In this document: piece after piece, positions 29,790-40,301 of the stretch
Position numbering within the stretch: position 1 is the stretch's first letter
Layout: each line of letters opens with the position of its first letter
Assembly: GCA_016463105.1 (NCBI GenBank)
Contig: JAEMRY010000001.1
Coordinates: 1-47,570, forward strand
DNA: 47,570 bases
Direction of reading: 5' to 3'
Origin: Ilumatobacteraceae bacterium
Lineage (GTDB): Bacteria; Actinomycetota; Acidimicrobiia; Acidimicrobiales; Ilumatobacteraceae
Program-made: the position numbers and the translations under genes
Notes under the pieces: generated by a model
Database searches by the model: none
Seen by the model: only the letters and a program-made list of their open reading frames with translations
What the model was told of the DNA's origin: nothing

Positions 29790-31040
29790 TTATTTTAAAA
29801 CCTTTTTTAATTCGTTGAAGATATCTTTTCGAGACACGACATACTGCTCGCCAGAACCCATCGGACGCAACATGATTGTCGAATTAGCCACTTCGTCGGA
29901 GCCGATTATTAGGGCAACGCGCGCGCCACTTCGATCGGCAGACTTCATTTGAGCCTTGATACTGCGCAAGTCGTAGGCCCGATCAGCGCTGAAACCATTT
30001 GCGCGCAGTTGGTGACATAGATCATGAGCGTGTGTGCCATCCACCGTGTCGACTACGAACACATCTACATCAGTTTGCGGCGCAGCAAAAACTCCTTCGG
30101 CATCACATGCCAAAAGTGTGCGGTCAAGCCCTAACGCAAAACCGATTCCTGAAGTTGCCGGCCCTCCGAGTGCTTCAACAAGTCCGTCATATCTTCCGCC
30201 GCCACCAATCGCAGTGTGGGCTGCATCTAATGCAGTTGAGACAAACTCAAATGTCGTGCGACGATAATAATCAAGACCACGCACCAATCGATCATTAATT
30301 TTGTACGAAATATTTAACGCATCAAGAGCGCTCAAAACTGCAGCAAAGTGATCTGCCGATTGCTTGCTTATAGATTCGCGAATTGCTGGTGCGCCAGCAA
30401 TTATTTCTTGATCGGGCTCACGTTTTGAATCTAAGACACGCAATGGATTGCGTGTCAGAGTTGCTTTACTCTCGGCAGTCAGCGATGATTCATGCTTCGA
30501 GAAATACTTTGCCAGCAGGTTTGAATATGCTTCTCGATCGCCGCCGTCGCCAAGCGTGTTAATCGAAAGTTCTACGTGATTTAACCCAAGCGCAGAATAA
30601 AACATCGACGCAAGGGCGATTACTTCGGCGTCTAAAAATGCGTCGTCGACCCCGAGTGCTTCTATGCCTACTTGGTCAAACTGTCGATATCTGCCCTGCT
30701 GGGGTTTCTCGTAGCGAAAGTTTGGACCCGAATACCAAACTTTCCACGGAGTTACTGGTCGATGTTCAACGAACGCGCGGCAAACACTTGCAGTTTGCTC
30801 AGGGCGCAAAGCAACGTGTCGACCACCTTTGTCATGGAAGTCGTACATCTCTTTGGTTACAACCTCGGTGGCTTCTCCGAGTCGCAAAAAAACATCGAGG
30901 TCTTCAAACATCGGCGGGATGATGTAGTTATAGCCAGCAGATTCGACCGTCTTGGCAAAGACTTCTTGAAATGCCCGCCAACGCGCCGAGTGCGGCGCCA
31001 AAATATCGCGAGTTCCGGGCGAAGTCTTAAAATCAGGCAC
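29790..31040 (-). CDS. hisS: Histidine--tRNA ligase
   Basis: 416 aa. Motifs GTRDILAP, ALRPEQT and GGGRYDGL. GTG start without an SD. Confidence 0.96.
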   Translation of the reverse strand: MPDFKTSPGTRDILAPHSARWRAFQEVFAKTVESAGYNYIIPPMFEDLDVFLRLGEATEVVTKEMYDFHDKGGRHVALRPEQTASVCRAFVEHRPVTPWKVWYSGPNFRYEKPQQGRYRQFDQVGIEALGVDDAFLDAEVIALASMFYSALGLNHVELSINTLGDGGDREAYSNLLAKYFSKHESSLTAESKATLTRNPLRVLDSKREPDQEIIAGAPAIRESISKQSADHFAAVLSALDALNISYKINDRLVRGLDYYRRTTFEFVSTALDAAHTAIGGGGRYDGLVEALGGPATSGIGFALGLDRTLLACDAEGVFAAPQTDVDVFVVDTVDGTHAHDLCHQLRANGFSADRAYDLRSIKAQMKSADRSGARVALIIGSDEVANSTIMLRPMGSGEQYVVSRKDIFNELKKVLK

Positions 31041-31046
31041 GCGTGA

Positions 31047-31075
31047 AGGCTAGACCTTTTGACGAGAAAAGTTAA
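31047..31075 (-). promoter_or_regulatory. Putative promoter giving a leaderless hisS-aspS-rarA transcript
   Basis: -35 TTAACT (31070..31075), 17-nt spacer, -10 TAGCCT (31047..31052), then exactly 6 nt to GTG 31040. No SD in the 57-nt spacer. Confidence 0.4.
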
Positions 31076-31097
31076 TCATCTTATTGATAACAGGCTG

Positions 31098-33356
31098 TTA
31101 TCTCGTCGCAGACGGGTGGTTCGCCTCTTCTGCTTCTAAGTCTTCATTGGGGCTACCTGGCATGACCCTGTTCGCATCGTAAACACCATCAATTCGTTTA
31201 ATCATCCGCAGTACTGACTGCAAATGACCAGGGTCTGCAAACTCGAATTCGAAACGCATCTTCGCAACACGGTCAGCACCAGTATGAGTTGTGCAAGCAA
31301 CGATGTTTACATGTTCGTCTGACAGAGCGTTAGCCACATCGCGAAGAAGACGAGAACGATCTAACGCAACTACTTCGACTGCCGCAATAAAAACTGCATC
31401 AGAGTTATCTGACGACCAATCGACATCAACTAAACGTGCTGAGTCTTGTGCCACGAGTGACGCAGCATTTGCGCAATCGGCACGGTGCACAGTGACGCCA
31501 CGCCCCTTAGTAACAAAACCCATAACTTCATCGCCGGGCACCGGCGTACAACAACGTGACAGCCGAACCATCACATCGGGCATTCCTTCTATATGCACAC
31601 CGTTTCGTTGAGGCGAGGAAGTCTTATTTGCGCTAACTGAAGACATCGACAACTGGTCGGGCTGAACGCCATCACGCATTCGCTTAGACATTCGATCGAC
31701 AATTTCTACGGCATCAATTCGCTGATCACCAATTGCGGCGAAAAAAGTGTCGGCATCTGCGAAATCAAGTAGTGCGATCTCGTCATTAAGAACTTGCGAC
31801 GAAAGAATCTTTTGCGCTGGCAAACCAACCTGACGCAATCGCTCGATCAGTTCATCTCTGCCATTTTCAACTAAGTCTTCTAGGCGTTCACGAGTGATCC
31901 ATTGCTTGATTTTGCTTCGAGCCTTTGGTGAAACAACAAAAGCAAGCCAGTCTTGCGAAGGTTCGCTGGTCTCACCTTGCGAAACGAGAACTTCGCAAGT
32001 GTCACCAGATATCAGTTTGTGATCAAGTGGCACGAGTCGGCCATTGACACGCGCGCCCATGCAACTGTGTCCAACTTCGGTATGAACCGCGTATGCAAAA
32101 TCGACAGGAGTAGACAAAACCGGAAGTGTAATTACTCGACCTTTAGGAGTAAAAATAAAAAGTTCATCTTGTTCAAGATCGGTTTTTAAAATTTCTAAGA
32201 ACTGACTTGGATCGGAGACCTCTCCTTGCCAATCGATTATTCGGTTCAACCAGTCAATATCGCCTTGCGAAACTACATCTTTGTAGGCCCAGTGTGAGGC
32301 GACTCCCCATTCGGCACGTTGGTGCATTTCGCGAGTACGAATCTGTACTTCAATTGGCTTTCCACCTGCACCAACAACTGTCGTGTGCAGCGATTGATAC
32401 AAATTGAATTTAGGCATTGCAATGTAATCTTTGAACCGGCCCACAATCGGCTTCCAATGTCCGTGAATTGCCCCGAGTACCGTGTAGCAATCTTTTTCTG
32501 AGTCAACCACAATTCGAATTGCCATCAAGTCATAAATATCATCAAAGTCTCTACCTTTTTGAACCATCTTTTCGTAGATGCTCCATAAATGTTTGCCACG
32601 AGCGGTGAGATCTGCGTTTATCTTGACTTCAGTTAGCCATTGCTGAACTTGGCCAATTGTTTTTGCTAGATATACATTGCGTTCAGGAGCGCGAGTCGCA
32701 ACTAGATGGTCTAACTCTGCATACCGTTTTGGATATAGCGCCGCAAACGAAAGATCTTCGAGTTGCTGTTTAATTTCTTGCATTCCGAGTCGGTGCGCCA
32801 ACGGGGCATAAATATCAAGTGTCTCTTGAGCAACCCTTTGTTGTTTTTCATATGAAACGGCCGCAATCGTGCGCATGTTGTGCAGTCGATCTGCGAGTTT
32901 GATCATTAACACACGCAAATCTTTAGCCATTGCTACGAGCATCTTGCGCATCGTTGCTGCTTGCTGAGCTTCTTTAGAGTCAAACTGCAACCGCTCAAGT
33001 TTGGTGACACCATCTACGATTGTCGAAACTTCAGCGCCGAAGTTGCTCTCAACATCTGCGAGAGTTATCTCGGTGTCTTCGACAGCGTCATGCAACAATG
33101 CTGCAGCGATCGAAACTTCATCAAGGCCAATATCGGCGACAATTCGAGCCACCGCAATCGGATGATTGATATACAACTCTCCACTCGATCTATTTTGTGA
33201 AGCGTGTGCAGAACGGGCCATTTCATAAGCCGCGTTAATCAACGAAACAGAACCTTTTGGATGACGCGACTTATATGCGCTCAGCAAAGGAGAGAGTTCC
33301 TCGGCAATTGTCGTGTTCTGGCGCCGCCACGGCAGCACCCTAGATGAGGTGCCCAT
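31098..33356 (-). CDS. rel: Bifunctional (p)ppGpp synthetase/hydrolase Rel
   Basis: 752 aa. HD hydrolase motif (HPIAV..LLHDAVEDT), synthetase motif DYIAMPKFNLYQSLHTTV, and TGS and ACT regions. Confidence 0.96.
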   Translation of the reverse strand: MGTSSRVLPWRRQNTTIAEELSPLLSAYKSRHPKGSVSLINAAYEMARSAHASQNRSSGELYINHPIAVARIVADIGLDEVSIAAALLHDAVEDTEITLADVESNFGAEVSTIVDGVTKLERLQFDSKEAQQAATMRKMLVAMAKDLRVLMIKLADRLHNMRTIAAVSYEKQQRVAQETLDIYAPLAHRLGMQEIKQQLEDLSFAALYPKRYAELDHLVATRAPERNVYLAKTIGQVQQWLTEVKINADLTARGKHLWSIYEKMVQKGRDFDDIYDLMAIRIVVDSEKDCYTVLGAIHGHWKPIVGRFKDYIAMPKFNLYQSLHTTVVGAGGKPIEVQIRTREMHQRAEWGVASHWAYKDVVSQGDIDWLNRIIDWQGEVSDPSQFLEILKTDLEQDELFIFTPKGRVITLPVLSTPVDFAYAVHTEVGHSCMGARVNGRLVPLDHKLISGDTCEVLVSQGETSEPSQDWLAFVVSPKARSKIKQWITRERLEDLVENGRDELIERLRQVGLPAQKILSSQVLNDEIALLDFADADTFFAAIGDQRIDAVEIVDRMSKRMRDGVQPDQLSMSSVSANKTSSPQRNGVHIEGMPDVMVRLSRCCTPVPGDEVMGFVTKGRGVTVHRADCANAASLVAQDSARLVDVDWSSDNSDAVFIAAVEVVALDRSRLLRDVANALSDEHVNIVACTTHTGADRVAKMRFEFEFADPGHLQSVLRMIKRIDGVYDANRVMPGSPNEDLEAEEANHPSATR

Positions 33357-33371
33357 GTCTAAAGCGTAGTG

Positions 33372-34508
33372 CTAACGCCGCTTTTTACGTGGTCGTGGTG
33401 GATGCGTAAGAACTGTTGTTGCACGTTGCGTCGTTTGTGCAATTAGTTCTTCATCTGTAACCGACGACGCATTAAGTTTCGAAGAATTAGTAACAAGAAC
33501 TCGGGATACATTGCCGTGACCCATTAATTTTGACATCGCTACACCAACGGCGATTTGGCCTTTAAACGGCTGATACTTCGGTTCATTTTGCTTAAACAGA
33601 TCTAATAGCGGCACGGCGACGAAGATTGACGAATAAGTGCCTGCAAGCATGCCAACGAGCAATGCAACCGCGAAATCTTCAAGGCTTTTTGCACCCAAGA
33701 TGAACGAACCAACGACCAAAAGTGAAACGACTGGCAAGGCTGAAGCCAAAGTGGTGTTAAGTGAACGCGCCAATACTTCGTTAGTCGAGACGTTAGCGAT
33801 ATTGGCAAACGACTGTCGAGTTGTGGCGAATTTCTTTGAGTTTTCTTGCACGCGATCAAAAACCACCACAGTGTCATAAAGTGAGAAACCAAGAATCGTC
33901 AAAAATGCAACAACAGTTGCGGGTGTCACTTCAAATCCGAATAACGAATAGACGCCAACGCTGATAATCACGTCATGAGCCATCGCAATAATTGCCGCGG
34001 CTGCCATCTTCCATTCGAGACGCCATGAAATATACAGCGAAACAACGACGAAGAATATCAACAACGCCCGTAAAGCTTTTTCAGTGATGCTGCGTCCCCA
34101 TGAAGAGCTGACTGACGCAACGCTGACTTCTTCGACTTCGACCTTGGCTAGTTCTGCAAATGACTTCTGCACGCTGAGGCGCACCTCTTGTGTTTGGTCT
34201 CCAACTTGCACACGCATTACTTGTAACTCTGTGCCAGTAAGAAATTGAATCTTGGCATTTAACGACTCGACATTGTTGTCGTCTAAAACTTTGCGTGCGT
34301 CTTGCTCGGTTAATCCATTAGCAGGCACTTCCCATGCCACGCCACCACGAAAATCAATGCCGAGTTCAAGACTTTGAATCAATAACGATCCAGCCCCAAG
34401 CACGATGATGATGATCGATATTGCAAAACCAATCATGCGCCGGCCAATAAAGTCAAATGTCGTTTCGCCACGATAGAGGCGACCGAGTCCAGCAATTAAA
34501 GTTTTCAT
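33372..34508 (-). CDS. secF: Protein translocase subunit SecF
   Basis: 378 aa, six-TM SecF architecture. ATGA overlap with secD. Confidence 0.93.
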   Translation of the reverse strand: MKTLIAGLGRLYRGETTFDFIGRRMIGFAISIIIIVLGAGSLLIQSLELGIDFRGGVAWEVPANGLTEQDARKVLDDNNVESLNAKIQFLTGTELQVMRVQVGDQTQEVRLSVQKSFAELAKVEVEEVSVASVSSSWGRSITEKALRALLIFFVVVSLYISWRLEWKMAAAAIIAMAHDVIISVGVYSLFGFEVTPATVVAFLTILGFSLYDTVVVFDRVQENSKKFATTRQSFANIANVSTNEVLARSLNTTLASALPVVSLLVVGSFILGAKSLEDFAVALLVGMLAGTYSSIFVAVPLLDLFKQNEPKYQPFKGQIAVGVAMSKLMGHGNVSRVLVTNSSKLNASSVTDEELIAQTTQRATTVLTHPPRPRKKRR

Positions 34509-36073
34509 TGCAACACCTCTGGGTTTATAGTTTTAATGCCGAGAATTTTTCTTCCTTGAACCCGCTTGGATCGAGCAAACAACAAAACTGCACTGCGCGT
34601 AAAGAAATAAGTAATCACTAAATCTGTGAGTGCTGAGATACCCAAGAAGAAGGCGAAACCGCGCACTGAACCGACTGTAAGAAACCACAGCACGGCTGCA
34701 CACAAAAATGAAACCGTGTCTGCGGCCACAATTGTTCGCCAAGCAGATTCGAAACTACGAACAGCAGAATTTTTCAAAGTCTTACCAACTCGAATTTCAT
34801 CTTTAATGCGCTCGAAGAAAACGATGTATGAGTCAACAGCAATACCGATTGAAACGATGATGCCAGCAATACCTGAAAGAGAAAGTGCTAAACCATTTGT
34901 ACGCGACAAAAACGAAATCACACTCCATAGCAGTGCAATTGAGATTGTCATTCCGGCAAATATGAATAGCGCCATCAATCGATAATAAGCAATCAATAAA
35001 AACAACACCAACAGAATGCCAATAATTCCAGAAATAATCGCTGCCCGAAGTGAGTCAGAGCCAAGTGTCGCTGAAACTGTTTGCGCCTGCGAAACACCAA
35101 AACGAACTGGCACGGCGCCGAACTCAAGAATCTTGGCTAAATCGCGAGCTTCTTCAGCCGTGAAAGCACCGCTAATTTGCACCGTTCCGCCAGTGAACTC
35201 TGGTTCTCTAACGCTTGGCGCCGAGATAACGGTTCCGTCAAGCACCATTGCAAGTTGACCTGTCGGACACTGCTCAGTTTTGTTGAAACATGCAGCAGCG
35301 AGTTTGTTCCATAACACGTCGCCATCGGCACCACTTCGCAAACCAACCACAACTGTCCACTCGCCCGTTTGAACATCGGCTCGGGCATCATTTTTGAAAA
35401 CTTTTCCAGATGCACCGGCTGGCCCGACTACATAGGCAATTCCATTTTTGTCAAGCAGAACAACAGTTTGAGTTGGATCATTTGGGTCATCACCAATTTC
35501 AATTTTCGGTGTTACGGCTGGCGTCGCAACAACTGATGGTGTGGCAGAAGCAGTAACCGGAACCGAACTAGACACGTCAGTACTCGGCACCGTTGTGTCT
35601 GGCACAGTTGTCGCCGTATTGATGAATCGCGAACTACCTGGCCCACCAGCAACAGGCACAGTATCGGTCACCGAGTTATCAGTCGTGCTTCCTGCAATTG
35701 TCGTACTCGGATTTGGATCGAGCATTCCAGTTTCTAGAACCGGACGCAACAGCAATTCACCAGTTCGACCGATTATGTCTAGAGCTTGCTGTTGATCTTT
35801 TACACCAGGCAAGTTGACAACAATTGTGCCGCCTTGCAAGATGATTTCAGGCTCGGCAACACCGATTGAGTCAACGCGTTGTCGAATAATTTCGACCGCA
35901 ACATCTAACCCTGCTGCGTCGTATTGGCCTTCTGGCTGCAAAGTAACTGACGCACCACCTTGTAGGTCAAGCCCAAGCGCTGGTTTGTTTCCGGCAACAA
36001 GATTGGCGGTCAACGAACTCGCAACAATAATAAGCAACAAAACTAACGTGACGATGTGACGGCGCTTATTCAT
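34505..36073 (-). CDS. secD: Protein translocase subunit SecD
   Basis: 522 aa. LGLDLQGG motif, a Thr/Ser/Val/Pro-rich periplasmic linker, and a C-terminal six-TM domain. Confidence 0.94.
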   Translation of the reverse strand: MNKRRHIVTLVLLLIIVASSLTANLVAGNKPALGLDLQGGASVTLQPEGQYDAAGLDVAVEIIRQRVDSIGVAEPEIILQGGTIVVNLPGVKDQQQALDIIGRTGELLLRPVLETGMLDPNPSTTIAGSTTDNSVTDTVPVAGGPGSSRFINTATTVPDTTVPSTDVSSSVPVTASATPSVVATPAVTPKIEIGDDPNDPTQTVVLLDKNGIAYVVGPAGASGKVFKNDARADVQTGEWTVVVGLRSGADGDVLWNKLAAACFNKTEQCPTGQLAMVLDGTVISAPSVREPEFTGGTVQISGAFTAEEARDLAKILEFGAVPVRFGVSQAQTVSATLGSDSLRAAIISGIIGILLVLFLLIAYYRLMALFIFAGMTISIALLWSVISFLSRTNGLALSLSGIAGIIVSIGIAVDSYIVFFERIKDEIRVGKTLKNSAVRSFESAWRTIVAADTVSFLCAAVLWFLTVGSVRGFAFFLGISALTDLVITYFFTRSAVLLFARSKRVQGRKILGIKTINPEVLQ

Positions 36074-36115
36074 TTGTAAAGTTCATCTTTTCAATCACTA
36101 AGAATTTGTTTGAGA

Positions 36116-36490
36116 TTACTTTTCTGGCTTTTTATCGGCTGGCTTGTCTTCAGCAGTGACAGAAATCTTGCGAGTAATTGATCCTTTGGAGACACGGACC
36201 TCAACTTTTTCGGCGATTTCAATCCATAGATAATCGTCCTCAACCGCAGAGACCCAACCGTAGATACCTGAATTCATTACAATCTCATCGCCTTCAGCGA
36301 TACTTGATTGCAATGAAGCCGTCGCTTTTTGACGCTTTCGTTGCGGGCGCAACAACAGAAAGTACATCGCAGCGAAAATCAATACCAAGGGCAAAAAACT
36401 GAGCAACGGATTGCTTTTTGTAGTCGTGTCTGTTGCTGCCAGCAAAGACGAAAGATTGATATTTACGAGAGGAGCATGAGTTATAGACAT
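36116..36490 (-). CDS. yajC: Preprotein translocase subunit YajC
   Basis: 124 aa. A single TM helix followed by LLLRPQRKRQK is the YajC signature. Confidence 0.88.
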   Translation of the reverse strand: MSITHAPLVNINLSSLLAATDTTTKSNPLLSFLPLVLIFAAMYFLLLRPQRKRQKATASLQSSIAEGDEIVMNSGIYGWVSAVEDDYLWIEIAEKVEVRVSKGSITRKISVTAEDKPADKKPEK

Positions 36491-36509
36491 AGCGAACGAG
36501 TCTAGTGGC

Positions 36510-37628
36510 TTACGACTTGTCGTTAGCGGGGTCAGCCCAAGTTGCCAATAACGACCGTCGCAATTGATTGAACTTGCCCAGCGAAATAGCCTCTCGCATT
36601 TTGGACATCAAATCAAGGGTAAACGCGACATTATGTATTGATACAAGTCGGGCAGCAGTTGGCTCGTTGACTTGAAATAAATGACGAATATATCCACGCG
36701 AGTGTCGAGCGCAAACCGAACACGAACATGCAGAATCAATCGGGTCTTGACTAGTCGTGAACTCTGCGCGCGTAATATTCAATTTTCCTGTTGAAGTTAG
36801 TGCTGTTCCGTGACGACCGATTCGCGTTTGCATTACACAATCGAATTGATCGACACCCAGATTGACCGCTTCAACTAACGAAGCGGGGTCACCCACTCCC
36901 ATCAAATATCGCGGCCGATCTTTCGGCAAATGCTCAATAGCGGCGGCGAGTGCAACGAGCATTTCTTCGCGAGTTTCACCAACAGACAAGCCGCCAATTC
37001 CATAGCCATCGAAATTTAAATCGGCGGTTATCTTCGCACTCTCGCCTCGCAAAACTTCGTCTACTCCCCCTTGCACAATTCCAAACAGGCTCTGATCAGT
37101 TCGAGTGTGACTATTACGAGCTCGCAACGCCCATGCCGAAGTTCGCTTTAGTGCGAGCCGAATAACATCATCAGTTGAAGGCAATGGTGCACAAACATCT
37201 AACACCATTTGAATATCGGCACCGAGCAACTCTTGTGTCTTGACTGCAGATTCTGGGGTAAACCTGTGCATCGACCCGTCGTAAGTTGATCGAAACGAAA
37301 CGCCATCATCATCAACATCTGGGTTGAGAGAAAACACTTGAAAACCACCTGAGTCTGTAAGCGTTAGACCTTTCCATCCTGCAAATGCGCCAAGCCCACC
37401 AAGATCAGCAACAACTTGCGCGCCCGGTCGCAACATCAAGTGATAGGTGTTGCCTAAAACAATTCGTGCACCCAATTCTTCATAATCTTGTGCGCTGAGG
37501 TGTCTGATCGCACCACGAGTACCCACCGGCATAAAGCATGGTGTTTGATAGTCGCCACGATGAGTTGTTGCGACACCTGCTCGTGCAGCACCTTCACGAG
37601 AAGTTTCTTTAAAATTGACAGCAAACAT
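36510..37628 (-). CDS. tgt: Queuine/preQ1 tRNA-ribosyltransferase
   Basis: 372 aa. Motifs LTDSGGFQV, MGVGDP and the zinc site CSCSVC..H. Confidence 0.95.
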   Translation of the reverse strand: MFAVNFKETSREGAARAGVATTHRGDYQTPCFMPVGTRGAIRHLSAQDYEELGARIVLGNTYHLMLRPGAQVVADLGGLGAFAGWKGLTLTDSGGFQVFSLNPDVDDDGVSFRSTYDGSMHRFTPESAVKTQELLGADIQMVLDVCAPLPSTDDVIRLALKRTSAWALRARNSHTRTDQSLFGIVQGGVDEVLRGESAKITADLNFDGYGIGGLSVGETREEMLVALAAAIEHLPKDRPRYLMGVGDPASLVEAVNLGVDQFDCVMQTRIGRHGTALTSTGKLNITRAEFTTSQDPIDSACSCSVCARHSRGYIRHLFQVNEPTAARLVSIHNVAFTLDLMSKMREAISLGKFNQLRRSLLATWADPANDKS

Positions 37629-37672
37629 TGCAGATCACGGTATCTAACTAATGTGCACGAACAGTGACGGCC

Positions 37673-38689
37673 CTAAAGCGTGCGATCAAGCAACATTGCG
37701 TCACCAAAAGACAACATGCGATAGCGCTCATCAATTGCAGTTGCATAGAGATCCTTCCACCTTGAACCTATGAATGCGTCAACAAGCATCAACAGCGTGG
37801 TTCGTGGCATGTGAAAATTGGTCAACAATAGGTCTACGACTTTGAAGTCGTAGCCACGCGAAATAAACATATTCGTGCGACCAACAAGCACACCAGTAGT
37901 TGCGGCCGATTCAAGCGCACGCGTTGCAGTTGTTCCAACAGCGATCACTCGGTTAGCCAAGCGACATTGCTCAAGCGTTTCTACACTCACGCAATATGAC
38001 TCTGTATGCATTGGATGATCGAGTGGGTCACTATGTGTAACAGGCGCAAAAGTGTCAAGTCCGACAGTCAAATCAACTGTCAAAATTTTGACGCCCTTGT
38101 TTCGCAACGCCTCAAGCAAAGACTCAGTGAAATGCAAACCAGCTGTTGGCGCCGCCGCCGAAGCGGGATGATTGGCATAAACCGTTTGATACCGCTCAGC
38201 CTGCGCAAGTTTGGTGGTTATATATGGAGGCAATGGCATCTCTCCATATTTTGCAAGCAGATCATTCGAAGAAGTTTTCTCGTCTACTAGAAGAGTTACA
38301 AAAAAAGTGTCGCCCGCCGCTGTGCGCTCGCCGATCTGCACGAGTGCTGTGCCATCATTTGCAAACAAAATTTCATCGCGTTTCAAACGCTTGGCTGGCC
38401 GGATCAGTGCTTCCCATGTCGTGCTCGTCGAATCACGTTGCTCGAGCAATAAAACTTCGGCAGAACCGCCCGATTGACGCTTGAGCCCAAGACGTGCCGG
38501 TATCACCTTCGTGTCGTTAACTACCAACACATCGCCAGCTTGACAATAATCAACAAACTCAAACATTTTTTTATGATCTGAGAAACCAGCACCTTTATCA
38601 ATCAATAATCTTGCCGAATCGCGCGGCTCGATCGGAGTCTGAGCAATCAGCTCGTGCGGTAATAGATAATCAAAATCTTCAAGTCGCAC
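37673..38689 (-). CDS. queA: S-adenosylmethionine:tRNA ribosyltransferase-isomerase
   Basis: 338 aa. N-terminus (V)RLEDFDYLLPHELIAQTP and motif PTAGLHFT. GTG start. Confidence 0.94.
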   Translation of the reverse strand: MRLEDFDYLLPHELIAQTPIEPRDSARLLIDKGAGFSDHKKMFEFVDYCQAGDVLVVNDTKVIPARLGLKRQSGGSAEVLLLEQRDSTSTTWEALIRPAKRLKRDEILFANDGTALVQIGERTAAGDTFFVTLLVDEKTSSNDLLAKYGEMPLPPYITTKLAQAERYQTVYANHPASAAAPTAGLHFTESLLEALRNKGVKILTVDLTVGLDTFAPVTHSDPLDHPMHTESYCVSVETLEQCRLANRVIAVGTTATRALESAATTGVLVGRTNMFISRGYDFKVVDLLLTNFHMPRTTLLMLVDAFIGSRWKDLYATAIDERYRMLSFGDAMLLDRTL

Positions 38690-38701
38690 GATATGAAATT
38701 T

Positions 38702-39721
38702 TTAGAATAACTCTGGCGCATTAGCGGGCGGTGTTTCGCCGATGTGTCGCCAAGCAGATGGCATCGCCACACGGCCACGAGGCGTGCGTGCAAGCAACCC
38801 CTGCTGAATTAAAAACGGTTCATAAACATCTTCGATAGTTTCGGTCTGTTCGCTAACAGATATTGCCAAAGTCGACAGACCAACTGGCCCACCACCAAAC
38901 TGACGACAAAGCGCTGCCAAAATTGCACGATCAACTTTGTCTAAGCCCAGATCGTCTACTCCGAAAACTTCGAGTGCCTGACGAGCACTTACTTCAGTCA
39001 CTTGCCCATCGCCACGAACTTCGGCGTGATCGCGAACTCGGCGTAGTAATCGATTTGCAATTCTTGGGGTGCCACGTGATCGCCGTGCAATTTCGTGAGC
39101 ACCGCCAGTATCGATAGGCACTTTCAGAATTCGCGCTGTGCGCTGCACGATTAATTCGAGTTCATCTACTTCATAAAAATCGAGTCGCGCGACGAGACCA
39201 AAGCGATCTCTTAACGGGCCAGTGATCATGCCCGTGCGAGTCGTTGCCCCGATCAATGTGAACCGCGGCAAAGTCAAACGAATAGATGACGCCGAAGCAC
39301 CTTTGCCGACAACAATGTCGATTTGAAAATCTTCCATCGCTGGATAAAGAATTTCTTCGACTTGCCTTGATAATCGATGAATCTCATCAATAAACAAAAC
39401 ATCGTTTACATCGAGTTTCGTGAGTATCGCCGCCAAATCACCTGCTCGCTCAAGTGCCGGACCAGAAGTTATGTGAATCTTTGCCGCCATTTCGCTTGCC
39501 ACAATTCCGGCCATCGTTGTCTTACCAAGACCCGGCGGCCCGGCTAGCAAAATGTGATCAGCCGACTGCTCGCGTTTGCGCGCCGCTTCGAGCACAATAC
39601 CGAGATGTTCTTTTAGTTCGCGCTGGCCAACAAAATCACTTAACGATTTGGGACGCAGACCAATATCGTCGTGATCGGCTGGATCGGTTGTTAAATCAGG
39701 ATCAGTAAATTCTTCACGCAC
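38702..39721 (-). CDS. ruvB: Holliday junction branch migration ATPase RuvB
   Basis: 339 aa. Motifs GPPGLGKTT and [11 protein letters not shown] start overlaps the ruvA end by 8 nt. Confidence 0.97.
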   Translation of the reverse strand: MREEFTDPDLTTDPADHDDIGLRPKSLSDFVGQRELKEHLGIVLEAARKREQSADHILLAGPPGLGKTTMAGIVASEMAAKIHITSGPALERAGDLAAILTKLDVNDVLFIDEIHRLSRQVEEILYPAMEDFQIDIVVGKGASASSIRLTLPRFTLIGATTRTGMITGPLRDRFGLVARLDFYEVDELELIVQRTARILKVPIDTGGAHEIARRSRGTPRIANRLLRRVRDHAEVRGDGQVTEVSARQALEVFGVDDLGLDKVDRAILAALCRQFGGGPVGLSTLAISVSEQTETIEDVYEPFLIQQGLLARTPRGRVAMPSAWRHIGETPPANAPELF

Positions 39722-40301
39722 GACGCGCCCCTAACATGTTCAGGGCTTCACGCAACATCATTTCAGAATCGTTGCTGACAGACATCTCACGAAGCACATC
39801 GCGAATTTCTTCGGTCGAATAACCCAACCCAGAAAGTGCGTCACGCACATCACCAACACTTGATGGTCCACTCAAAGTGTTGCTTGCTTCTAAAATATTT
39901 AAGTGCAGTCGACTCTTTAATTCGATAAGTAAACGCTCAGCAGTTTTTTTGCCGACCCCAGAGACAAGAGTCAGCGCAGGAATGTCTGAACCAGCGACAA
40001 TGTCAACCAACGCACGCGGAGAGTGAGTCGCCAAAATCATCATTGCCATCGTTGGACCGACACCGTGAGTCGCGATTAAAATTTCAAAACAACGTCGCTC
40101 ATCACGGTCAAGAAAACCATAAAGAGTCTGGGCATCTTCACGCACATGGTGATGAATATAAATAAAAGCAGTAGTAGTTGGCTCGAGTTCACCAAGAGTT
40201 CGTGGTGTTACGTGCACGAGGTAACCAATGCCGTTGGTCTCAACAAGGACTGTCGAATTACTTGTGCGCTCGAGCACTGTTCCGCGCAATGATCCGATCA
40301 T
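39714..40301 (-). CDS. ruvA: Holliday junction DNA-binding protein RuvA
   Basis: [11 protein letters not shown] at ATG 40301, forming ATGA with the ruvC stop. The track's extension overlaps ruvC. Confidence 0.93.
   Translation of the reverse strand: MIGSLRGTVLERTSNSTVLVETNGIGYLVHVTPRTLGELEPTTTAFIYIHHHVREDAQTLYGFLDRDERRCFEILIATHGVGPTMAMMILATHSPRALVDIVAGSDIPALTLVSGVGKKTAERLLIELKSRLHLNILEASNTLSGPSSVGDVRDALSGLGYSTEEIRDVLREMSVSNDSEMMLREALNMLGARRA

Noticed and set aside
35504-35719. Thr/Ser/Val/Pro-rich low-complexity segment in secD that looks like an insertion
   Set aside because: It is in frame and lies in the first periplasmic domain. Such linkers are common in actinobacterial SecD, and there are no flanking repeats or mobile-element signatures.
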